Position numbers and translations under genes: made by a program. DNA of 64,000 bases from Carcharhinus amblyrhynchos (Eukaryota), in assembly GCA_965287045.1 (NCBI GenBank), contig OZ336888.1:15934001-15998000 (forward strand). Direction: 5' to 3'. Below are positions 12,801 to 24,800 of the stretch, one piece after another (position 1 is the stretch's first letter; each line of letters starts with the position of its first letter). The notes under the pieces are model-generated. The model saw only the letters and a program-made list of their open reading frames with translations. It was not told the DNA's origin and made no database searches.

Positions 12801-15800
12801 GTAGAATGGTCAACAGATTGGAATTATTGATTGCCTTCTTTCAGTTTTTGTTTACATTTGCTTCTCAGTGCTGAAACTGTAAAAACATGCATGTTGGTGT
12901 TTCCCTTGTCTTATTGCTAATTGATGCATATTCATGTTGACTCTGACAGAGCTTTTCATTGAAGGGAAATTGGAATATTAAGTGCTACCTAACAGAGTAG
13001 GTGTCTTGCATTATCAATTCTAACATTTGGAAGAGGATAGTGTTATTGAATATGATTATTGATGAAAATGTAGGTTGTGCAACATGACCATGAATTCAGC
13101 TTGAGACTGTCAATGGCAGCATTTATAAATTTTAAAAAATAATCTTAAGACAGACTGTCCAAACTTTAATGAGCAGTCATAGATGCTGGTTTTGACATTC
13201 TGCATTGCTGTTTTGGAAGCATATATTGAAATGTAAAATTTAACATATTTTCATTTGTATTTTGAAGAGCTAGGATTTTGGTGGTATTGACTTTAGATTC
13301 CTAAATGCATTTATTCACGTGAATGATGGTCGGTAAGGCATCAGGAGATTTGAGATGTACAATAATGCAGGGTTTGTCATTGACCGAACAGCCTACTGGA
13401 AAGCACCTCATTTGTAGACTAGCAGAATGACAGACTGTTTTATTTTGATTTGGCAGTATAGATAAACTTTGCTGGTGAAATGTATGTGCAGACAGACAGA
13501 AATAATTCCCTCCAACAGAATAAGTTCAAAGCAGTAAATTTCAATATCATAATGAATTCCTGATCGGAAATGCCAGTGGGATTTTTGAAAGACACACGTT
13601 ATTCTTTGGGAAATAAATGATTTCGCCACTGTTAAATTTTCATTTTCACTGGCAAATATTCTCCAAATAATTTGGGGAAAATTTAATGCCACATTTGCTG
13701 ACCCCATGTTGAATTTTTTGTAATTGCCTAAAAAGTAGCTAGTTTTTGCAGGCAACTTGGTCGAGGACCTGTTCTGAATGGTAAGCGCTGCATTTGTGGA
13801 AGGGAATAATTAATTTTGTTGTTTGTGTACCGGTGTTTTCCTTTTACCTTCGCAATGTGGAAGCATTTGCCACTTGAGGCTTTGACTGACATAGAAATGC
13901 TAAGATGAATTAAAAATCTTGGGAAGCAATTTCACTGTTAATGAATAAATATTCTGTACAAATTCTGCTTCTCTTTAGGGCCAACACCATTCACAGGAAC
14001 TGGAAGACCTCCAACTTCAGAGACTACTGTCAGTGGTGAGTATTGTTTTTAGCATCCTCGTCATCTGAAATTAATTGATTTGATTGGTAGATTAATATTG
14101 TTTCAAATTTGCTCAATTACGTAGGGCCAACAGCAATGACTCCATCAGGTGTACCAACTGTTCCTGAGACAGCAATTACTGGTGAGTAGATCTCCTTACA
14201 CACTATAACCTGATGATAATTTTGAGCAATTTGTAATTTAATAATCTGCAGCATATTTTCTGTTAACTTGGACCAACAACAACTCAGATGATAGTAACTC
14301 CCATTGTTTCTGACACTGGGAGCAATGATGGGTGTATTAATTCACATTGTCAGAATAATATTTCAGAATCTTGAATAATTATCTTTCACATGCAAACAAC
14401 ATTTGAAACTTGTGAAATTTAACGTTGTGTCTCTGAGAGCAGGTCAATGATACTGTTATTACTTCAGTCATCGTACCTGAGGAACTGTTCTGAAGGGAAA
14501 CCTCAGTGTTTCAGTGAGGGAATTATTCCTGATCTCGAGAATGTTTGTGGGTCATGTTTGATCCTTACTGAGGTGCAAGCAATTACTGGTTAAGAATTTG
14601 ACTAAGATAACGATGGTTATAATTGAACATTTCCTTGGGAATGAATTGCAGTCGTAGTGAATAAATGCTCTGTCCAAATGTCTGTGTTGTTTAGGGCCAG
14701 GAAGAACTGCAGGAACTGGAGGATCAACCACTTCAGAGACCACCATCAGTGGTAAGTTTCAGTTTAATCGTACTCACCACATATAATTAATTTGTGTGCT
14801 TCATGGACTCATCTTATTTCATATTATCTCTGCTCCCTAGGCCCAATGGGAATGACTGTGACCGGTACACTTCCTGTTTCTGAGAGCAGAATTACTGGTG
14901 AGCAGACCTTCTTTCATGTTATAAGCTGCTGTTAGTTTTGTGCTAGTTGTGATTTTTAACGCTACCCTAGGTCTACAGTTATTTTGGACCTGCACCAGGT
15001 AGCAGGGCGGTCACTCAGGTAGTTTCTGAACCTGTGATTAAGAATGATTGAATGTATTCTCTGTGTCATATGATGTTTGCGATGTCGAGGTGCCCAGGCA
15101 AGGGACATGTTGTTAGTTAATTGCAGTTCACTGTATTTTCAGTCCATTCAGATGGAAGGTTTAGATTGTGTACCAGGTGAGTTGTTGCCTATTGCTTTTG
15201 GTCAGCATTTTCTGGGTTGAATGTGCTTGTATTGGCTTTGTGCTGAACGTGAAATGGTCAACAGATAGAAATGAGTGATTGCTTTATTTCAGTTTTTGTA
15301 CACATTTGCTTCTCAGTGCAGAAACTGTATAGACATGCATGTTGGTGTTTCACTTGCCTCAGTGCTAATTGATGCATATTCATGTTGACACTGAAGGAGC
15401 TTTTCAGTGAATGAAAATTGGAATAGTAAATGCTACCTGATAAGAGTAGATGTCTTGCATTATCAGTGATAATGTTTGAAAGTGGGCAGTGTTATTGAAT
15501 ATGATTATTGATCATAATGTAGGTTGTGTCTGTGATATCCATGAATGGCAGCATTTATGAATTTAAAAAGATAGTAAGGCAGACTGTCCAAACTTTAATG
15601 AGCACTGGAAGATCCTGGTTTTGACATTCTGCATTGCTGTTTTGGAAGCATATATTGAAATTTAAAATTTAACATATTTTCATTTGCATTTTGAAGAGCT
15701 AGGATTTTGGTGCTATTGATTTTAGATCACTAAATGCATTTGTTCACATGAACGATGATTGATAAGGCATCTGGAGATTTGAGATGGACAATAATGCATG

Positions 15801-18800
15801 GTTTATCTGTGACTGAAAAGCCTACTGGAAAGCGCCTGATTTGTAGCCTTGCAGAACCACAGAACCATTTACTTTGATTTGGCAGTATGATAGACCTTGC
15901 TAGTGAAATTTATGTGCAGACAAACAGACATAATTACTCCTTCCAACGGAATAAATTCAAAGCAGTAAATTTCAATATCATAATGAATTCCAGATCAGAA
16001 ATGCCATTTGTTCAGTGGGATTTTTGAAAGTCAAACTTTATTCTTTGGAAAACAAATGATTTAGCTTTGAAATTTCACTTTTACTGGCAAACAACATCGA
16101 AATCATGTTGGGAAAATTTAGTGCTACATTTGCTGGCCCCATGTTGAATTTTTTTGTAATTGCCTGAAAAGTAGCTGGTTTTTGAAATAAACTTGGTCAA
16201 GGAACTGTTCTGAATGGTAAGCGCTGCATTTGTGGAAGGGAAAGATTAACTTTGTAGTTTGTGAATGGATATTTTCCTTTTCCCTTCACAATGTGGAACC
16301 ATTTGCCACTTGAGGCTTTGACTGACATAATGATGCTAAGATGAATAAGAAATCTTGGGAAACAATTGCAGCAGTAATGAATAAATATTCTGTACGAATT
16401 CTGCTTCTCTTTAGGGCCGACACCATTTGGAGGAACTGGAAGACCTACAACTTCAGAGACTACTGTCAGTGGTGAGTATTGTTTTTGGCATCCTCGTCAT
16501 CTGCAATTAATTTATTTGATGGGTAGATTAATATTGTTTCCAATTTGCCCTACTCCTTAGGGCCAACAGCAATGACTTCATCAGGTGTACCAACTGTTCC
16601 TGTGACAGCAATCGCTGGTGTGTAGATCTCCTTATACATTATAACCTGATATTACTTTTGAGCTATTTGTAATTTAATACTCTGCAGCATTTTTTCTCTC
16701 ACCTTGGACCAGCATCAAGTAGAATGATAGTAAATCCCATTGTTTCTGAAATGAAGAGTAATGATGTATGTATTCATTCACATTGTCACAATAATATTTC
16801 AAAACCTTGAATAATTGGCTTTCACAAGCAAACATCATTTGAAACTTGTGAAATTTAACATTGTGTTGCTGAAAGCAGGTCAATGATATTGTTGTTCCTT
16901 TAGGAAACATGACTGAGGAACTGTTCTGAAGTGAAAGCTCAGAATTTGAGTGAGAGAATTATTGCTGATCTGCGAGATAGTTTATGGGACATATTTGATC
17001 CTGACTGAGGTGCCAGCAATTCCTGGTTAAGAACTTGACGAAGATAATGTTGCTTATAACCAAACATTTCCTTGGAAATGAATTGCAGTTGTAGTGAATA
17101 AATACTCTGTCCAAAATCTGTGCTGTTTAGGACCAACAAGAACTGCAGGATCTGGAGGACCAACAACTTCAGAGACCACCGTCAGTGGTGAGTTTTGGTT
17201 TTATTGTAACTGCCACATTAAATCAATTTGTGTGCTTCGTGGACTAATGTTGTTTCATATTATCTCTGCTCCCCAGTGCCAATGGCAATGACTGCGACAG
17301 GTACACTCCCTGTTTCTAAGAGCAGAATTACTGGTGAGCAGAGCTTCTTTCATGTTGTAAGCTGCTATTAGTTTTGTGCTATTTTTGATTTTTAACCCTA
17401 CCGTAGGTCTATAGTTACGTTGGACCTGAATGAGGTAGCAGGGCAGTCCCTCAGATAGTTTTCGAAAATGTGACTAACAAGGATTGAATGTATTCTCAGT
17501 GTCATATGATGTTTGTGATGCCAAGGTGTCCCTTGCAAGGGACATGTTGTTGGTGCCTCATTGCAGTTCAGTATATTTTCAGTCCATTCGGATGGTTTGA
17601 ATGTGTACCAATTGAATTGTTCCATATTGCTTTTGGTCAGCATCTTTTTGTTTGAATAGGCTTGTTTTTGCTTTGTCCTGATGGTAAAATAGTTAACAGA
17701 TAGGAATTAGTTTTTTCTTCTTTTCAGTTTTTCTACACATTTGCTTCTCAATGCAGAAGCTATAAAGACATGCATTTTGGTGTTTCACTTGCCTCACTGC
17801 TATATGATGTATATTCATGTTGAGACGAAAGAGCTTTTCATTGAAGGAAAATTGGAATATTAGGTGCTACCTGACACAGTAGATGTCTTGCATTATCAAT
17901 TATAACATTCAGAAGAGGGCAGTGTTATTGAAAATGATTATTAATGATAAGGCAGGTTGTGCAGCATGCCCTGAAGTCAACTTGAGACCATGAATTGTAT
18001 CATTTGTGAATTTGAAAAGATAATAATAAGGAAGACTTTGCAAACATTAATGAGCACTGGTACATGCGGTCTTGACATTCTGCAATTCTGTTTTAGAAGC
18101 GTATATTGAAATTTAAAATTTGATATATTTACATTTGCATTTTGAAGAACTAGGATTTTGGTCCTATTGACTTTTGATCGCTAAATCCATTTATTCGCAT
18201 GAATGATGATTGGTATGTACAATAATGCATGGTTTGTTTGTGACTGAAAGACCGAATGGAAAGCATTTGTAAATTTGCAGAATGACAGAGTCTTTTATTT
18301 TGGTTCAGCAGTGTGATAGACCTTCCTGGTGAAATTTATATGCTGATAGATAATCATAATTATTCCTTCCAACAGAATAAATTCAAAGCTGTAAATTTCA
18401 ATATCATAATGAATTCCTGATCAGAAATGCAATTTGTTCAGTGGGGTTTTTGAAAGACAAACTTTATTTTTTGGAAAACAAGTGATTTAGTCAGCTTTGA
18501 AATTTGACTTTTCCTGGCAAATAACATCCAAATCATTTTGGGAAAATTTAATACTACATTTGCTGACTTCATGTTGAATTTTTTGTAATTGCCTGAAAAG
18601 TAGCTGGTTTTTGAAGGCAATTTGGTTGATGAACTGTTCTGAATGATGAGCGCTGCATTTGTGGAAGGGAATGATTAACTTTGTAGTTTGTGAATGGATA
18701 TTTTCCTTTTCACGATGTGGAACCATTTCCCAGTTGAGGCTTTCACTGACATAATGATGCTAAGATGACTAAGAAATCTTGGGAGACAATTGCAGCAGTA

Positions 18801-21800
18801 ATGAATAAATATTCTGCACAAATTCTGCCTCTCTTTAGGGCCAACACCATTTGGAGGAACTGGAAGACCTACAACTTCACAGATTACAGTCAGTGGTGAG
18901 TATTGTTTGTGCATTCTTGTCTGCTGCAATTAATTTATTTGTTTGATAGATTAACATTGTTTCAAATTTGCTTGACTTCATAGGGCCAACAGCAATGACT
19001 TCATCAGGTGTACCAACTGTTCCCGTGACAGCAATTACTGGTGAGTAGATCTCCTTAGACATTATAACCCGCTATTCATGTGGGGAATTTGTAATTTAAT
19101 ACTGTGCAGCATTTTTTCTGATACCTTGGACCAGCACCAACTAGGATGATACTAAATCCCATTGTTTCTAAAGTGAAGATGGGTGTATTTTCTCATTGTT
19201 GCAATTATATTTCACAAGCAAACAGCATTAGAAACTTGTGAAGTTTAATGTTGTGTTGCTGAGAGCAGGTCAATGATATTTTTTTTTCCTCAGGCAACAT
19301 GGCTGAGGAACTGTTCTGAAGGGAAACCTCACAATTTTAGTGAGGGAATTATTGCTGATATGCGAGATAGTTTATGAATCATGTTTGATCCTTACTGAGG
19401 TGCCAGCAATTCCTGGTTAAGAATTTGACTAAGATAATGATGCTTATAACAAAACATTTCCTTGGAAACAAATTGCAGTAGTAGTACATAAATAATCTGT
19501 CCCAATTTTTATGCTGTTTAGGACCAACAAGAACTGCAGGAACTGGAGGACCAACCACTTCAGAGACCACCATCAGTGGTGAGTTTCAGTTTATCATACT
19601 CACCACATGAAATTAATTTTTGTGCTTCCTGGACTAATGTTATTTCACATTATTTCTGCTCCTAGGCCCAGTGGCAATGACTGTGACAGGTACACTTCCT
19701 GTTTCTGAGAGCAGAATTACTGGTGAGCAGATCTTCTTTCATGTTAAAAGCTGCTGTTGGTTTTGTGCTCAACCATACATCTACAGTTACATTGGACTGC
19801 AGGCGGGAGCAGGACAGTCACTCAGATAGTTTCCGAAACTCCGATTAACAGTGACTGAATGTATTCTCAGTGCCATACGATATTTGTGATGCCAGGGTGT
19901 CCCAGGCACGGGACATGTTGTGGGTGCTTCATTGCAGTTCACTGTATTTTCAGTCCATTCAGAGGAAAGGGTTTGAATGTGTACCAGTTGAGTTGTTCCC
20001 TATTGCTTTTGGTAAGCATCTTCTTGTTTGCATATGCTTGTATCTGCTTTGTGCTGAATGTGAAATGGTCAACAGATCGAAATTATTGATTGCCTTCTTT
20101 CAGTTTTTGTATACATTTGCTTCTCAGTGCAGACGCTGTAAAAAAATGCACGTTGGTGTTTCTCTTGTCTTATTGCTAATTGATGCACATTCATGTTGAC
20201 ACTGACAGAGCTTTTCATTGAAGGGAAATTGAAATATTAAGTGCTACCTGGCAGAGTAGATGTCTTGCATTATCAATTCTAATGTTTGGAAGAGGATATG
20301 ATTATTGATGAAAATGTAGGTTGTGCAATGTGACCGTGATGTCAGCTTGAGACTGTGAATGACAGCATTTATGAATTTAAAAAAATAATAACAAGGCAGA
20401 CTGTCCAAACTTTAATGAGCAGTCTTAGATCCTGATTTTGACATTCTGCATTCCTGTTTTGGAAGTGTATATTGAAATTTAAGATTTGATATATTTACAT
20501 TTGCGTTTTGAAGAGCTAGAATTTTGGTGCTATTGACTTCAGATCATTAAATCCATTTATTTGCATGAATGATGATCCTAGAATCATAGAATCATAGAAC
20601 CCTACAGTGCAGAAAGAGGCCCTTCGGCCCATCGAGTCTGCACCAAACACAATCCCACCCGGACCCTACCCCCATATCCCTACATTAATCCCATTAACCT
20701 ACACATCCCTGGCCACTAAGGGACAATTTATGAGCATAGCCAATCAACCTAACCCGCACATCTTTGCACTGTTGGAGGAAACCGGAGCACCCGAAGGAAA
20801 TCCACGCATTGAAAAGGCATCAGGAGATTTAGAACAAAGAACAACCCAGCACGGGAAACAGGCCCTTGGGCCCAACAAGCCCGCGCCGCCGCATCACCCT
20901 ACACCTATTCTACCCTGCATGTCTACGAATAGAACCCCTGACTTAGCCAGATTCAGGGGAGAATAGTGTCAATTTGGTAAAACCAATCAGCCTAAGAGCA
21001 CATCTTTGGGGTGTGGGAGGAAACCGGAGCGCCCGGACGAAACCCACGCATCCACAGGGAGAATGCACAAACTCCCACAGACACAGGCCCAAATCCATGT
21101 ATCTGCACAGCTAGCAGTGCTAGTCACCGAGCTGTTGCGGCGCCCTTCTACTGGTCCAGGATCAAGCACACACACCGACACGAAGTACTAGGCCACTCCT
21201 GGAACCTCCAAGAGTAGCCCACGCACGACCCACCGTGTGCATGCCCCTCGTTTGACAACGAGGTGGACCTCCACCTGCGGAATAAAAGACAAAAACGTTA
21301 ATCACAAGCCTGCCTTTCCGGTCTCTCCCGAGGTTCTAACCCTTATTTAATACCCCTACCATAACCCTCCATCCTCGTTTTACTCATGTGCCTATCTAAC
21401 TGAACCTTAAACGAGTCCAACGTTCCCGCCTCCACCACCCTACTCGGTAGCGCGTTCCATACCCCCACAACTCTCTGCGTAAAGAACCTTCCTCTCATAT
21501 CCAAATTATATCTCTCCCTCCTCACCCTTAAATCATGTCCTCTTGTATTTGTTACCAATCTAGGGAGCAGTCTCTCACTATTGACTCTGTCTATTCCCTT
21601 CAGTATCTTATATACCTCTATCATGTCCCCCCTCAATCTCCGTCTTTCCAAGGAGAACAGTCCCAGTTTCTCCAACCTTTCCTCGTACCCCAGCCCCTCC
21701 ATGCCAGGCAACATCCTGGTAAACCTCCTCTGCACCCTTCCCAGAGCCTCTACGTCCTTCCGGTAGTAAGGTGACCAGAACTGGACGCAGTACTCCAAAT

Positions 21801-24800
21801 GCGGTCTAACCAACGTTCTATACAACTGAAGCATTAGACGGCAGCTTTTAAACTCTATCCCCCTTCCTATAAAGGCTAGCATTCCATAAGCCTTCCTGAC
21901 AACATTCTCCACTTGTGTTGCAACCTTCATGGATTTGTGAACCTGCACTCCCAGGTCCCTCTGTGTTTCTATACTCCTAATTTGTCTACCTTTAATCACA
22001 TAGCTCCTCTCTACATTATTCCTTCCAAAATGCATCACCTCGCATTTGTCAGGATTAAATTCCATCTGCCACCTACCTGCCCACTGCACCAACCTATCTA
22101 TATCCTGTTGTATCACCTCACAATCCACTTCGGTACCCGCCAACCCTGCCATCTTGGTGTCATCAGCAAACTTGCTGATCACACCACCTACGCTCTCTTC
22201 CAAGTCATTTATGTAGACTACAAAGAGGAGAGGTCCCAGTACTGAGCCCTGCGGCACACCACTGGTCACTGGCCTCCAGCCGGACAAAGCCCCCTCCACT
22301 ACTACCCTCTGTCTCCTATTACCCAGCCAGTTCTCAATCCACCTAGCTACCTGACCTCATATCCCATGCGCCTTAACCTTTTCTACCAGCCTACCATGAG
22401 GGACTTTGTCAAACGCCTTACTGAAATCCATATAGATAACATCAACAGCTCTCCCATCGTCAACCGTTTTTGTCACCTCCTCAAAGAATTCCACCAGATT
22501 CGTAAGGCAAGACCTCCCTCTAACAAAGCCATGTTGCGTATCCCCAATCAGACCACAACGCTCCAAATGCTCATACATCCTACCCCTAAGTACTTTTTCC
22601 ATTAATTTCCCTACCAGCGATGTCAAACTCACTGGCCTATAATTTCCAGGGTTATCCCTGCTACCTTTTTTGAACAGCAGTACCACATTTGCTACCCTCC
22701 AGTCTTCTGGGACCTCACCTGTGTCCAAAGAAGAGACAAAGATTTGCGCCAGAGGCCCAGCAATTTCATCTTTCACCTCCCTAAGCAGCCTGGGATAAAT
22801 ACCATCAGGCCCTGGAGCTTTATCCGTCCTTACACCACCTAAAAGCCCTAGCACTTCCTCCCTCGTAATAGATATTTCCTGCAGCTGATCCTCAGCTCCC
22901 TCTAACAGACCGCACGATTCCGAACCCCTCTCCTTCGTGAATACAGACGCAAAGTATTCATTCAGGAGCTCCCCCATTCCATCCGACTCAATACATATCT
23001 CCCCACTTTTGTCCCTAAGAGGACCAATTTTCCCTCTAACTAGTCTCTTGTTCCTAATATAGGAATAAAATGCCTTCGGATTTTCCTTAATCCTACCAGC
23101 CAAAGCCATTTCATGCACTCTCTTCGCCCTTCTAATTCCCCTTTTTAGCTCCCTCCTACTCTCTCTATATTCCTCCAGCGCACTCTCCGTACCCAGTCGT
23201 TTCGACCTATCATACGCCTCCCCCTTCTTCCTGACCAAGTCTTCAATACCCCCTGTAATCCACGGCTCTCTAATCCTACCTTTCCCATCCTTCCGCTTAA
23301 CCGGAACATACCTCCCCTGCAACCATTTCATTTTGCCCTTAAAAGCCTCCCACTTGCCAACCGTGGACTTGCCAGCTAACAGTCCCTCCCAATCAGTGTC
23401 CTGCAGCTCCCTCCTAATCCTGCCATAGTTCGCCTTTCCCCAGTTCAGCACACTCCCGTTCGGCCGGCACTCGTCCCTTTCCATTTTTATCCTAAAGTAG
23501 ACGGACTTGTGGTCACTATTAGCCACATGTTCGCCTACCTCTACCTCTCCCACCTGCCCCGGCTCATTACCCAACACTAAATCCAGTATAGCCCCTCCCC
23601 TAGTCGGACTAGTTACATACTGCTCTAGAAACCCTACCAAAACACATTTCACAAACTCCTCTCCCTCCGTACCCCCAGCTCTAGGCCCCCTCCAATTCAC
23701 TCCAGGAAGATTAATGTCCCCCACTACAACCACCCTATTCTTCCTGCACCTATCCAAAATGCCCCTGCAAATGCCTTCCTCCACTGACCTCGGGCTGTTG
23801 GGTGGCCTATAATACACCCCTAGCAACGTAATCTCCCCCTTTTTATTCCTCAACTCCACCCACAGTGACTCAATCCCTATCTCTTCTATATTGTCCTCCC
23901 TCTGCACTACTGTGATGCTTTCCTTGACTAACAGTGCCACCCCTCCACCTCTCTTCAACCCTCCTCTGTCACACCTAAAACACTTGTACCCAGGAACATT
24001 CAGCTGCCAGTCCTGCCCTTCCCTTAACCATGTCTCTGTTACAGCCACCACATCTAACTGCCTCACAAACATCAAGGCCTTAATCTCATCTGTTTTCCCT
24101 GCCACACTCCTAGCATTGAAACAGACACAGTTCAACCCACAAGTGTCCCTTGGAACCTCCTTCTCCCTGATACTTTTCCTTTCACCCGACTCTCTCCCAG
24201 CCACCTCCCCACCCCCCCTCCATATTAGTTTAAACCCTTCATAAACACCCCAGCTAACCTCCCCGCTAAGACATTAGTTCCCCTCCCGTTCAAATTCTCC
24301 CCACCCCTCCTGTACAATTGCCCTTCTCTCCTAAACACCTCCCAGTGATCCACAAAAGTAAAGCCCTCTACCCTACACCAATCCCTCAACCATGCATTCA
24401 GCTGCATGATATCGTCATTCTTTGCCCTGCTGATACTGGGCAACAACCCAGAGAGTGCCACCCTAGAGGTCCTACTCTTTAGTTTGGCCCCCAACTCCCT
24501 AAATTGCCTACGGACCTCTACCCTACTCCTCCTTCCTATGTCCCCCTCCCCTACATGTACTATGACCTCAGCCTGTGCCCCCTCCCCTTTCAAAATTCCC
24601 TCTACCCTGTCCGTTACATCCTTGACCCCTGCTCCAGGGAGGCAGACCACCATCCTGGAGTCACGCCTCTGTCCACAGAACCTCCTATCGATACCTCTGA
24701 CCCTCCCGTCCCCTACCACTATCACCTTGCCAGCCCCCTTCTGTCCCTCTAAGTCAGTCACCTCCTTGTGCCTATCTTTCTGTGCCCCTGTCGACGAACC

